34,185 nucleotides of DNA from a virus (taxonomy: Duplodnaviria; Caudoviricetes). The notes beneath the pieces were generated by a model. It was not told where the DNA came from. It saw only the letters and a list, made by a program, of their open reading frames with translations, and made no database searches. The stretch lies in IMG/VR virus record IMGVR_UViG_3300032332_000488, positions 1-34,185 of that record. One strand, given 5' to 3'. The translations under genes and the position numbers were made by a program. Shown here piece after piece: positions 22,851-32,501 of the stretch (positions within the stretch are counted from its first letter, which is position 1; every line of letters starts with the position of its first letter).

Positions 22851-23271
22851 AAACCCTAGTCCCTTCTTTGTCAATGATGAGAGCTTGCAGTCTGGGCTTG
22901 TCAGCAGTGTGGTTGGGAATGCTCACATGCGTCCACCTGTCAAACTCACGTATAACTTGGTCATGGCCTAAGTTAGCGGCAATGATGGCCTTCACCACTT
23001 CATCTGGGGTCATGCCGGGTACACGTATGTCGGCAGCGCAACCTGTGCGGTGCTGGCTTGTGTCTTTGCTGCCTACCGCATCGTTAACCGCTTTAGAGCG
23101 GAAAGCACTGTTGACCATGATTGGCTTGTTACCAAGTACAGTTTTGACTGCCTCCAAGAACTCAGCCAATCGTTTAAGGTTGGCATATTCGTCCATGTTG
23201 GGCGTGTTGTCCAGAGTACGGTGGTCTGTGTGCGTCAGCTCTTCCAGGGTGAAATGTTCACTGAGGTTCAT
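22843..23271 (-). CDS. Endolysin, peptidase M15 family
   Basis: LSEHFTLEE, SAFRS..VN..VG, SQH..G.AAD and W.HVS zinc-binding pattern. Confidence 0.9.
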   Translation of the reverse strand: MNLSEHFTLEELTHTDHRTLDNTPNMDEYANLKRLAEFLEAVKTVLGNKPIMVNSAFRSKAVNDAVGSKDTSQHRTGCAADIRVPGMTPDEVVKAIIAANLGHDQVIREFDRWTHVSIPNHTADKPRLQALIIDKEGTRVYA

Positions 23272-23762
23272 TTGATGCCTTTCACAAGTGCGTCAGTCTT
23301 GTCCTTGCTTCCCTTGGATGACCCAAAGAAGAAGTTGAAGAACCCGGTCAGCACCGTGCCGATAAGCACACCAATGATGGTGTCAACGATGCGGGTGTTG
23401 TCTTCTGGGATTTTTGAGAAAGAAGCAAACGCAAAGAACGTCATGGCAAAGATTGACCATGTAGCAGTGAACAAGTACAAGAAGTTTTTGGCAAGCCAGC
23501 TTTCTTGTTGCAGGGCCACCTCTTGCATGTGACGGGCACTGGCTCTGTCTTCATTCTCTAGCTGGAATTGCTTGAGGTCTATTTCTGCCAGCTTCTGTGC
23601 GGCTTCTGGGTCAGCTTGCAGGGCTTGTGTCACAGCAGCAACAGTGTCAGACACACCCAACTTGCTTGCGATGGCAGACACGGCTGCACCACCCAGGGGG
23701 CCAGCAACTATGGTTGCCAGTCCTGGCGCTGCGCCTTTAAGGAGGTTGAGTAAGGTTTCCAT
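23268..23762 (-). CDS. Holin-like membrane protein
   Basis: AP.LAT...GPLGG N-terminus, DRASAR, two TM helices ending FFFGSS.GS; adjacent to the endolysin. Confidence 0.65.
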   Translation of the reverse strand: METLLNLLKGAAPGLATIVAGPLGGAAVSAIASKLGVSDTVAAVTQALQADPEAAQKLAEIDLKQFQLENEDRASARHMQEVALQQESWLAKNFLYLFTATWSIFAMTFFAFASFSKIPEDNTRIVDTIIGVLIGTVLTGFFNFFFGSSKGSKDKTDALVKGIK

Positions 23763-24444
23763 TTGGTCTTCCCATGAATCTCATACAAAATTCAGAAACA
23801 AGTCCTGTTGACTGGTATGCCACCCAGCAGTCTTGTACATCCCGATTTTGCCACTGCTTCTCAAAAAACTTACGACTGAAGGTATCTTCCTTCTTTCTGT
23901 CTTGGTAGTCAAGATGGATGCCGTAGAAGAGGCCTGTCATAGCAATAAGAAAGAACATGATGCCGATAAACATAGCGGCTCTGAGTTCCCACTTCTCCCA
24001 GAACTCCCGGCTGGCCCTGGCTTTCTTACGTTCTACTGCCTCTGCCTGTAATTCTGCTTTTATTCTTTCCTCTAGCAAGCGTTTGTGCTCGTCCACAATT
24101 TCACGCCAGAGGTCAGGCATACCCAGCTCCCAGCGCACCATGCGCTCCAGGTCAGTGTAGAACTGTTTTGTTTGCCGGACACGGATTACGTTGTCTATGG
24201 CCTCTTGCACCAGATTGGACTTTTTGCCCTTTTTCTGGTCTAGCTTCTTTTGTTTTTCAAGTTGCTCTTGATGTTCTTCCAGCTTGGATTGACCGTGGAA
24301 GAAGTTAGACAGTGCGCCACCTATTTCGGTGGTCATGTCAGACAGGTCTGAGCCTGTGCGTTTTAGGTCTTTATAAACGTCAATAGCACCTTTGATGGTG
24401 CTATAGGCGGTCTTGCAGAGGGCAAAAGCGGTAACCGGGTCAAT
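23737..24444 (-). CDS. Coiled-coil membrane protein of the lysis region, apparent ATT start (235 aa)
   Basis: Frame open from ATT 24444 (xDPVTAFALCKTAYSTIK...); SD TAAGGGG 6 nt upstream; in-frame TAG two codons before. Confidence 0.6.
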   Translation of the reverse strand: MDPVTAFALCKTAYSTIKGAIDVYKDLKRTGSDLSDMTTEIGGALSNFFHGQSKLEEHQEQLEKQKKLDQKKGKKSNLVQEAIDNVIRVRQTKQFYTDLERMVRWELGMPDLWREIVDEHKRLLEERIKAELQAEAVERKKARASREFWEKWELRAAMFIGIMFFLIAMTGLFYGIHLDYQDRKKEDTFSRKFFEKQWQNRDVQDCWVAYQSTGLVSEFCMRFMGRPNGNLTQPP

Positions 24445-24454
24445 GACCTACCCC

Positions 24455-24805
24455 TTATTGCAATCCCTCGCCAGGAGTCACATAAACAGTTGCCGTTCCA
24501 GTTGCAATAATTGCAGATACAAACAAGGTAGTAGACGCACTGTTGGTTGCCTGTTTAGGCGCAGTGAAGATAACAGTTTGATTGTTGTGCAATATAGTTC
24601 CATACGCAGGTGTACCCGCAACAGGAATAACAGCGTCATCTGTGCTTGCTGTGCCTATCCTGATAAACACCTCACCAGCAGTTCCGTTGTGGATACGCAA
24701 CTGGTTAGCAGGACTGTCTGACAGGATTGCAACCGTGTTAGCCGTAGTGGTGACGTTGATGCGAGTTGTCTTTCCCTGCACCTGAAAAGCAATGTTATTA
24801 GCCAT
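24455..24805 (-). CDS. Small beta-rich virion protein (paralogue of 33317..33649)
   Basis: Shares F...G.T, NQ.RI.N and AT.YVTPG.G with 33317..33649. Confidence 0.65.
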   Translation of the reverse strand: MANNIAFQVQGKTTRINVTTTANTVAILSDSPANQLRIHNGTAGEVFIRIGTASTDDAVIPVAGTPAYGTILHNNQTVIFTAPKQATNSASTTLFVSAIIATGTATVYVTPGEGLQ

Positions 24806-25020
24806 CAGTACACCTTCTTGCCACCGCCAGAAGTGGGAGACTCTTTGCGAGTGAAGTAGTCGTTAGGCTGGTTGTTCTTGAAGTTCCACACAGCTTGGAA
24901 ACCACCAGCGGGGAGCTTGCCAGGGGTGAATTCACCAGGGGCACACAACTTGTTTTGGGTGATGCCAGTGCCGATTTGGGCGGTGTGCTTCACAGATTTA
25001 ACCTTGGGAATCATGTCCAT
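24805..25020 (-). CDS. Small basic hypothetical protein
   Basis: 71 aa; SD AAGGAG; TGATG coupling to the next gene. Confidence 0.7.
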   Translation of the reverse strand: MDMIPKVKSVKHTAQIGTGITQNKLCAPGEFTPGKLPAGGFQAVWNFKNNQPNDYFTRKESPTSGGGKKVY

Positions 25021-25210
25021 GCTTACTCTCCTTGATGTTTACCAGTAGGAAACTGAATACTACGAATATAGCCAGTGTCGCAACTCTTGTCCACTCTGGC
25101 TCCCACATTGTCCAACACCCCAGCGCAAACGAAGTCAGCAGCGCCAAGATGCTGATAAGCCTGTCTGTGATGATTGCAAGGGCAACTTTGATGATTTGGA
25201 TTCCGTCCAT
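24998..25210 (-). CDS. Small two-TM membrane protein
   Basis: 70 aa, two hydrophobic segments; SD TAAGGAG. Confidence 0.7.
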   Translation of the reverse strand: MDGIQIIKVALAIITDRLISILALLTSFALGCWTMWEPEWTRVATLAIFVVFSFLLVNIKESKHGHDSQG

Positions 25211-25242
25211 GATTACTCCTTAATGTCGGGATAATCATATTA

Positions 25243-25452
25243 TCACTTATCCTCATCATCATCTACATCCATAAACCCTGCACCCCACTCGGCATCAGAG
25301 TCTTTGAGCTTCAAGGCTTCTAGCTTCAAAGCACGGTCAGCCACCCGCATCTTGTCGGTGATGGTGGCTTGGGGGTCATTCATAACCTGCCGCAAAAGCT
25401 CGTTTAAGGCCTTCTCCAGCTCTGGATTGATGCCCTTGGCCTTCTTGCTCAT
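25243..25452 (-). CDS. Small helical protein with acidic tail
   Basis: 69 aa; ATGA coupling. Confidence 0.7.
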   Translation of the reverse strand: MSKKAKGINPELEKALNELLRQVMNDPQATITDKMRVADRALKLEALKLKDSDAEWGAGFMDVDDDEDK

Positions 25453-25586
25453 CGCTTGCTCTTACGCCCGGTCTTGGTAACTTTGCGGTCAAGCTGGCGC
25501 TTAATCTTCATCGCATCTGCGCTACCCCGCAGTTCGTTCTCGCCACCCTCACGGGCCTGACGTTGCTCTTTAGTTTCTGTAGCCAT
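25449..25586 (-). CDS. 45-aa protein with basic tail
   Basis: MATETKEQRQAREGGENELRGSADAMKIKRQLDRKVTKTGRKSKR; coupled at both ends; not in the ORF track. Confidence 0.7.
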   Translation of the reverse strand: MATETKEQRQAREGGENELRGSADAMKIKRQLDRKVTKTGRKSKR

Positions 25587-27835
25587 CATTGACCTTCCTT
25601 TTCTGATAAAGCACGTTGTAAATCTCTTGCTGTTTGGGTTCTGCCGCCAACCAAAGACGATACGGCCTGTCTGCCACGGCCCAGCAAAGCCGCTACCGCA
25701 TCGTATCCTGGGTAATCCACACCTTCTGCACGGCTGCGAAGATTCAAAGCCCTGCCTGCATACCCAAGCTCATACAGCGGGTGTCTTGTTGTTCCGCTGC
25801 CATATCCGTATGCGGTTTTAGCCAAATACTCGCCCAAACCTTGTGGGCTAATTTTGCCGCCAATAACAAATCCTTGTTCAATGCCATCACGCAAAGCAGC
25901 CGTAGCCGCATACATGCGGTTTGTATCTTGTAGTTTCTTCAAGGATGCCGGGTCATACCTTCCCAATCCTTCATCTAAGGCTTTCACAAACTCAGCGGCA
26001 GCATTCCTGTCTTCACCATTGGGAGCAGTTCTGGCAAGGCGTTGCATATTGCTACGCAGACGCTGCAATTCATCGCCTTTAATTTTTGCCAGCACACCTT
26101 CAGCAATAGCAGGTTCGGCAGCGGCAGACACTGCACCAGCTTCTGCTCCAACTTGCTCAATCAAGTCACCACGCCAGTTTGCACGGAAAAACTTGTCTAC
26201 CTCTGAAACAAGAGGAACATGACCAACAACACGCTGGTAAATCTTTTTCCAGCTATCTGCCACTTTTGCAAAGAATTTCTCTACGGTGTCAGTTGGTTGT
26301 TTGGTTGTCGTAATCCAGCGAGATGTTTGTTCAGCAAACCATTCAGAGAAGTCACGCAAATAGCCTTTTTCAAAGCTAGTTTGAGGTATGCCTGTCCTGG
26401 ATTCTTCTGGGTACTTTGCGGCAGTCAGTGGCCTGTGTTGCTCTACTGTTTTGACACCCACGGGTATAGATGCCATCTGGTTATTGAAGGCTCTGACAAC
26501 ATCATCACGCTGATTTTTGGGAGCGTGAATGAATAACTGAAACTCGGCTTGGTGACCAAACTCATGCAGTGCAGTAGCTACAGCTCCTTCTACGTTTAGC
26601 CTGTCGTTGATGACGATATTGCCGTCACCAGTTGCCATTCCGTACAAGCCTTCACGCCTGGGTGCGCTTGCCCAAACTTTGGGTGTTGTTTTCAATCCAA
26701 GATTGTCAGACAACTCTTTGATTGTTTTCTCAACGTCACCCATCCATACAGGGGCATCTTTGGCAGATGAATCACGAATGGTAGGCCAGTCCTTTTTCAG
26801 TCTGGTGATTGGCTCAACACCACCACGCTGTTGAGTTTGCATGATGCGCTTGATGCGGTTTTCAATGTTCTTTTGCTGTGAAGCAATCATTTCTTCATTA
26901 AAACGCCGAATGATGTTGTCAGCAGTGCGAGTGACTTCACCCACACCAGCAGGGCCAACGGACACTTCAAAATTCTTCATGTCACGAATGGTTTTCACCA
27001 AGTCGCTATCAATGGTAAAGCTACGTTCAAATATCTTGTCGTAGTCTTTGCCAAGTTCTTTCATCCTGTCGCCAACAAAAGCAGGCGTGATGTTTTCCGT
27101 TGTCTTTCCAGTTGGTGTTGAAGCAAGTTCAGTAACAATTTTTTCGTTCTTGGCTTTTTCAGCCTCTCTAAATCCAGGAGAAGCAAGAGGTCTGTCTTTG
27201 CGTAATTGTGCAGGCTCAAGAACAATGCCTTTGCTTTCAGCCCACTTAGCAATGTTTGCAATTTCTGGTTGAGTTGTACCAACAGCCATGCGCCCAACAG
27301 CGCCAAGTGCTTTAGGCGCTTGCTCTAATGCTTTTACGCCAGCACCCATGCCAACAACACCGGGCAACCCGGCTTGTTCTGCAAGTTGTCCACCAACATC
27401 AGCAGCGGCAAACCCAGCTCCACCAGTCAACATTCTGCTGGTTGCTGGAGTTGTACCCAATGCTTGACCCAGAGCTTGTACACCTCTGCCAGCCGCTTTC
27501 ACAGGGGCATAAGGCACATAGCGCATACCTCTGCCAATTTTCTCAAGTGCTTTAGGCCCAGCCAAACCAACGCCAGCACCTAACTCAGCGGCAGTTCCAA
27601 CACGCCCAACATCAAATTCTTTTTCTTCTGATGGCGGGAAGAATCCCAAGGCCTCCATTCCGGCAGCAGCGGCCTCTGAACCTTTGCGTACAGCTTCCTT
27701 TGTCTCCGGCGTAGACGGCGTAGCACGTTGCTTGGGATAAATCCCAAACGCAGCACCGCCACCCTGTTCGGGTTTTGCAGTAGATGGGTCAAAACCTCCC
27801 GCAAGAGGCTTGGCTGTAGTTGGGTCAAATGCCAT
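25586..27835 (-). CDS. Internal virion/ejection protein with HExxH metallopeptidase-like domain
   Basis: 749 aa; FDP.TAKP N-terminal duplication, Gly/Ala-rich segment, ALHEFGH and FSEWFAE motifs. Confidence 0.65.
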   Translation of the reverse strand: MAFDPTTAKPLAGGFDPSTAKPEQGGGAAFGIYPKQRATPSTPETKEAVRKGSEAAAAGMEALGFFPPSEEKEFDVGRVGTAAELGAGVGLAGPKALEKIGRGMRYVPYAPVKAAGRGVQALGQALGTTPATSRMLTGGAGFAAADVGGQLAEQAGLPGVVGMGAGVKALEQAPKALGAVGRMAVGTTQPEIANIAKWAESKGIVLEPAQLRKDRPLASPGFREAEKAKNEKIVTELASTPTGKTTENITPAFVGDRMKELGKDYDKIFERSFTIDSDLVKTIRDMKNFEVSVGPAGVGEVTRTADNIIRRFNEEMIASQQKNIENRIKRIMQTQQRGGVEPITRLKKDWPTIRDSSAKDAPVWMGDVEKTIKELSDNLGLKTTPKVWASAPRREGLYGMATGDGNIVINDRLNVEGAVATALHEFGHQAEFQLFIHAPKNQRDDVVRAFNNQMASIPVGVKTVEQHRPLTAAKYPEESRTGIPQTSFEKGYLRDFSEWFAEQTSRWITTTKQPTDTVEKFFAKVADSWKKIYQRVVGHVPLVSEVDKFFRANWRGDLIEQVGAEAGAVSAAAEPAIAEGVLAKIKGDELQRLRSNMQRLARTAPNGEDRNAAAEFVKALDEGLGRYDPASLKKLQDTNRMYAATAALRDGIEQGFVIGGKISPQGLGEYLAKTAYGYGSGTTRHPLYELGYAGRALNLRSRAEGVDYPGYDAVAALLGRGRQAVSSLVGGRTQTARDLQRALSEKEGQ

Positions 27836-29412
27836 TATTCAATCTCCACCCATTGACCATTTCTTTTAACGGCCTTGTTTCCCGCAGCATCTGTAAATAC
27901 TTGCTCTCCAGGTTGTGCTTTTTGTTTTGCAGACACAGGAGCTGGAACGGCAGCAGGAGATACTGGCTCTGGCGGCAAATCTTTGGGCATTTGAATGCCA
28001 GATGAAATTGTCGGTGTCTGCAACAATCCTTTTATTTTTGAATCTAGCGTTTTTCTGTTTTTTCTCAATGTGTCCAGCACTGTATCAACATCAAAAGGAA
28101 CAACCCTGTTGATTTCACCAAGCATGGCTTTTGCAGAATCTTTTTGTTCAGGTGTTGCGCCAGGCATTTTTGAGTGAACGTCTATACCCGTTTGGATTTC
28201 CTGCTTGACACGGGCAATGTACAAAGCCATATTGATGGCTGAGTCGCCTTTCCGTGGTTTCAAAGAGTTAAAGCTCTGGATAGCAGCTTTGGTTGCGCCG
28301 CTTGCCAAGCCTTGTGCTTCAAGCCGTGACAACGCAGCGTCTAAGCTGTTTGTAATTTGCTCAAAAGCCTTCTCTTCTTTAGACGTGATTGTCCTGGCTG
28401 CAAGTGCGCTGATGCTTGACAGCGCAGTGTTCGGGTCTACTCCAATCATCCCGGCAAAAACTGGAGATTGAGCGGTTGCTGGCAACATTTGCATGTTCTT
28501 CAAGTCTTGCACAGCGTTGGCAATGTTTCCGTACTGGCGTGATGCAAACGTCAATGCGTTTTGACCTTGGCGACTGGCAGCAGGAACTTTTGCCGCTTTG
28601 TTTTCGGCGTTTATTTGTTTTAACAGTAGATTCTCTTCTTTCAAGCGTCTGTCATCAGCGGACTTTTGCAAATTGTTTTGCAGAGTCACACCTTTGTCTA
28701 CGCTTGTACGCAATTCTTTGATGGCGTTAAGTGTGCCAATCATGCCCACACGGTCTTCCATTGCCTTGAACAACGGAGAACCAGACTTGGCTAACGCCAG
28801 CTTACGAGCAATGTCACCAGCCTCTTTGTCGTACTGGTACATCTTGACCGCTTCTTCATAGTCCTTTTCCAAAGTCTTCACAGACTCTTGCATAGCCTTG
28901 AAGTTCTTGTCAAAAGACTCTTTCTCTTTTTTGTACAGGTCAGCCTTACCTTTTTGGTAGCCTTCCAGCATCCCGTTCATGGCATACATGGCCTGTTGTG
29001 CGCTTTGTTTGCCACCTCCACCCACAGCCATACCAATGACGTTGACCAAAGAGAACAATCCAGCCAAGTCTTGTGCATTGTCTTTGGTGGGGGCAAAGGT
29101 CATCCCGGCAAACTCTTCACGCTTGCTCTTCAAAGCCTCACGTTCTGGCAAGGCACGAATGTCTTGAGCCGCTTTCTGCGCCAGGACTTGCTGGCTTTCC
29201 AAGTCTTGTATCTTCTGCTCTTGCTTGGCACGTTCGATGCCAACGTCAGCCATGCCAATGTCTTTTTCGGCCTTGGCTTGAGCCTCAAACAGTTCTGCTT
29301 CTACAGGCGCTTTCTCAGCAAGACCCACGTAGCCCTTGGGAGTTTTAGGCAAACCCTGCCCACCCAGCAAAGCTGCTGTTTTGGGTAGTTTTAGAGTGTC
29401 AGCCAGCGCCAT
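27835..29412 (-). CDS. Internal virion/ejection protein (coiled-coil)
   Basis: Start at ATG 29412 behind GGAGG; helical; C-terminal GNKAVKRNGQWVE motif. Confidence 0.6.
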   Translation of the reverse strand: MALADTLKLPKTAALLGGQGLPKTPKGYVGLAEKAPVEAELFEAQAKAEKDIGMADVGIERAKQEQKIQDLESQQVLAQKAAQDIRALPEREALKSKREEFAGMTFAPTKDNAQDLAGLFSLVNVIGMAVGGGGKQSAQQAMYAMNGMLEGYQKGKADLYKKEKESFDKNFKAMQESVKTLEKDYEEAVKMYQYDKEAGDIARKLALAKSGSPLFKAMEDRVGMIGTLNAIKELRTSVDKGVTLQNNLQKSADDRRLKEENLLLKQINAENKAAKVPAASRQGQNALTFASRQYGNIANAVQDLKNMQMLPATAQSPVFAGMIGVDPNTALSSISALAARTITSKEEKAFEQITNSLDAALSRLEAQGLASGATKAAIQSFNSLKPRKGDSAINMALYIARVKQEIQTGIDVHSKMPGATPEQKDSAKAMLGEINRVVPFDVDTVLDTLRKNRKTLDSKIKGLLQTPTISSGIQMPKDLPPEPVSPAAVPAPVSAKQKAQPGEQVFTDAAGNKAVKRNGQWVEIE

Positions 29413-29413
29413 A

Positions 29414-30457
29414 TTAGGCCTCCGCTCTTGCAGTGGGTGTGCCAGCAGCGATTCTGGCAATGTTGTTAAAGTATGAAGAGGTCAACTGGTTAGCATACTG
29501 GTCAGCTTGCATACCCGTGCGGATAGCACCCAGAGCCATCTGGTCACCTATACCCGACAACTTCAAGCCGTAGTCGTATTGCTGTTGCAACAACTGGTTA
29601 CGCAAAGCCTGCACCTGTGCTTCCATCTGCTGTGCGCCCACACCGCCTCTGCGCTCTGCGCCCTGTGCGGCCTGTGCCCGTGCCGCTGCGATAGCTTGCT
29701 GGCCTGTAGGAGTGAGTTCACCCCTCTGTGCAGCCGCTTGCAGTTCCTGGCCTTTAGCTTGGTAGGGGGCAGCCACAGCTTGTATTTCTTGTTTACCAGC
29801 CTGAGCAGCTTCACGTGCTTGTGTAGCTTGTCTTCCACCCAGCAAGGCTTGTACGCCAGTGATGCCCAGCCGAGCCAAAGTGTCTTTGCTCAACCCGGTA
29901 GCTTTAGCAGCCCTGTCCATCAAGCCAATGTCTTGGGTGGGCGCTTGGTCTGGCAGTGCGGTAGCCCTTCCAGCGCCTATGTCCATGTACTGCTGAATAT
30001 CTGCTGGCGTAGGGGCCGTTGGTACTGATGGGACTCCACCAACCGCAAGTCTGTCTGCCGCACCCGCATACTCTGCTGGCTGCAATTCTCTGCCACCAAC
30101 AGTAAGAGGTTCGTAAGCTGGGAAACTAGAAATTTCTGGGGGCGGGGCAGCGGAAACAGTTGTGGAAAACTGAGGCTCTGACCCAAAAGATGTGTCTACA
30201 GGCATCGATGAACCAGCGTCTGTAGGCACTTGTCCAGCACCCATATCCTGCTCTGTCATCTCAAATTCGTTTTCAAAAGAGGGCACTCCAGTGTCTGCAT
30301 GTGGCTTACCAGAGCCTCCTTCCGCCTTCAACAGAGCTGCTTCCTGGGGGGTAATGTAGGCCAGCATGTGCCCTTTCGGGGCTTTTGCTTGCAACAGTGC
30401 GGCAATCTGGCGCACATCTGCGCCAATACCAGTCATTTTCCTGAGTGCTGAAGCCAT
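29414..30457 (-). CDS. Internal virion/DNA transfer protein
   Basis: LAYITPQEAALLK..GGSG.P...TG.P motif; Gln/Ala-rich C-terminal half. Confidence 0.6.
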   Translation of the reverse strand: MASALRKMTGIGADVRQIAALLQAKAPKGHMLAYITPQEAALLKAEGGSGKPHADTGVPSFENEFEMTEQDMGAGQVPTDAGSSMPVDTSFGSEPQFSTTVSAAPPPEISSFPAYEPLTVGGRELQPAEYAGAADRLAVGGVPSVPTAPTPADIQQYMDIGAGRATALPDQAPTQDIGLMDRAAKATGLSKDTLARLGITGVQALLGGRQATQAREAAQAGKQEIQAVAAPYQAKGQELQAAAQRGELTPTGQQAIAAARAQAAQGAERRGGVGAQQMEAQVQALRNQLLQQQYDYGLKLSGIGDQMALGAIRTGMQADQYANQLTSSYFNNIARIAAGTPTARAEA

Positions 30458-32161
30458 TTACAGTCCTAGCGCATCTTTAAGACGCAGTGATTCCTCGTTC
30501 CACACATTCTGGCGAGGCTTACCCGATTTCTTACCCTCAATTTCACCCGCTCCACGGTATCCTGTCAATGCCTGTCCCAGAGTGGTAGAAGGGTAAAACG
30601 GAGCCTGTAGTGTAGTGCCCAACTGGGTGGTTTGTCGCCCAGGAGTCTTAGGAGACTTGCCACCATAAATAAATAAATCAGGTCTATAACCATCTTCTTT
30701 TTTAGGAGTCGGTTCTTCTTCATCACCCGCTTTAGTACCGCCGCCTACAGTGCCTGTGCCGCCTGTACCAGCACCAGTACCATCACCTGTTCCAGCGCCA
30801 ACCCCAGGAGTTCCACCACCACCACCACCTGCACCACCAATCAAGGCAGAAATTTGTTGGTCACCAGTTCCATAGCCAGGACGTTCTATAACCCCTCCAC
30901 CGGGCAAACCTGAAATAACAGCAGGTGCAGCACCACCAGCTCTTTTTGCATCTATTGCTGCTTTTCCAGAAACCGCACCAGTAGAAGCATTGCCTGTAGA
31001 TTTGTCGCTAATGATGACAAGGTTTTGACCTGGGCCACCACTGCTAGGTTTTCCTTCAGTATCAAATGTTGGACGTTTTGTGGTTGCGGTTACACCAGCG
31101 CCTCCAGTTGGGTCTACCAAACTTCCATCAGGGCCAGCAACATATCCTGTTTCATAATATATTTGCTTTCCTTGTGGCGCTCCAGGGTCATAGGTAACAA
31201 CATACCCATATGGTTTTCCATCTGGAGTAACACCAGTAATAGAACGTTTATATGTAGTTATTCCCTCTTCTGTTACTGGAGATATAGGACTTGCTTTTTC
31301 ACCTTCTTTGCCTAGCAATTCAGGTATTGCAGAAATACGTGCAAGCTCTAGCGTGGCGGCATCATCGCCTCCGGCAACCTTAACCCCTGGGTCTGCGCCA
31401 GGAGCAGATGGTTTTGTTTTGTCATCTCCAGAGGAAATTGCTGCTCCAACAGCACCAGCCGCACCTGTAAGCGCCCCTGAAACACCACCAGATACAGCTC
31501 CACCAGCGGTACGTGCAGCTATATTACTGCCAGTGGCAGAGCCAATAGAAGAACCAACAATTGCTGCTTTTGCATTTCTAATTGCATCAGCTTCATTTCC
31601 ACCTGTTGCAGCCGTCTGAACTATAGAAGCTCCAGTAGACGCAATAAGATTTGTAACCGCTGGAATTCCAACAAGTTCATTTATTTTTTGTGCAACAGCA
31701 GGTGAGCCTGTTTGCACACCCGCAGTAACAAGTGCATCTGTTACCGCTTTGTCTGCTGGAACACCTCGAGAAATTGCAGTTCCCGCATTTGCTAATGCAG
31801 TACCAACAGTTGTGGCCTGTGCGGTTGCAGCCGCTGCCGCAGCACTTGCTTGGGCAGCAGTTGCTCCAGATGCGGTTGCGGCGGCAGAGGCTTCTGCTGC
31901 GGTAGTCATTAAACCAGATTCCATCAATAAAGCGCCAATTTCTGCACCAACAATAGGAATAGCAACAGCTAACCAAACAGGGGCAATATCCGCAAGGCCC
32001 CTAGCTTGTAGTCCACCAAAGTAACCGCCTCCAACAGCAGACTGACCAAAAACTCTTGAGGAAATTCTTTTTTGGTCTTCAGGAGGCAATATTTCTATTG
32101 GCAAAGCGCCACCAGATGCAACAGGTACAGGGCCAGCCGGGGTTATTTCTTCAATATACAT
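30458..32161 (-). CDS. Gly/Ala-rich internal virion (pilot-like) protein
   Basis: 567 aa with long Ala/Gly tracts; first gene of the ejection-protein cluster. Confidence 0.55.
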   Translation of the reverse strand: MYIEEITPAGPVPVASGGALPIEILPPEDQKRISSRVFGQSAVGGGYFGGLQARGLADIAPVWLAVAIPIVGAEIGALLMESGLMTTAAEASAAATASGATAAQASAAAAAATAQATTVGTALANAGTAISRGVPADKAVTDALVTAGVQTGSPAVAQKINELVGIPAVTNLIASTGASIVQTAATGGNEADAIRNAKAAIVGSSIGSATGSNIAARTAGGAVSGGVSGALTGAAGAVGAAISSGDDKTKPSAPGADPGVKVAGGDDAATLELARISAIPELLGKEGEKASPISPVTEEGITTYKRSITGVTPDGKPYGYVVTYDPGAPQGKQIYYETGYVAGPDGSLVDPTGGAGVTATTKRPTFDTEGKPSSGGPGQNLVIISDKSTGNASTGAVSGKAAIDAKRAGGAAPAVISGLPGGGVIERPGYGTGDQQISALIGGAGGGGGGTPGVGAGTGDGTGAGTGGTGTVGGGTKAGDEEEPTPKKEDGYRPDLFIYGGKSPKTPGRQTTQLGTTLQAPFYPSTTLGQALTGYRGAGEIEGKKSGKPRQNVWNEESLRLKDALGL

Positions 32162-32162
32162 T

Positions 32163-32501
32163 TCACACTCCCAAGGACGATGCTATCTGTTGATGAATAG
32201 ATTGATGCACACCAATCCAGTCGTAAAAATCATCTTCTACATTCCAATCACTGTCTAGCAACTGAAACGGGTTATCCAAGTTCAAGATAACAGCTAACTG
32301 CTGATGTTCTTGGTTATGCACAAACAACCAGTCATCCAGGTTTGCAGGGTCAGCATCTGTGATGGGGTACTTCTGCACAAGTATTCCTTGGTCAGCAAGA
32401 ATCTCGTAGAAAAGCTGGTGTTGCACACCGTTCTCAAACAAGAATTCTCCGAGGCCGTCCTTGTCCCCAAACTTGACGTAGGACAAGGCTTCCATGTTCA
32501 T
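32163..32501 (-). CDS. Acidic His-motif protein
   Basis: 112 aa with two DW..VH...HQQ repeats. Confidence 0.7.
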   Translation of the reverse strand: MNMEALSYVKFGDKDGLGEFLFENGVQHQLFYEILADQGILVQKYPITDADPANLDDWLFVHNQEHQQLAVILNLDNPFQLLDSDWNVEDDFYDWIGVHQSIHQQIASSLGV

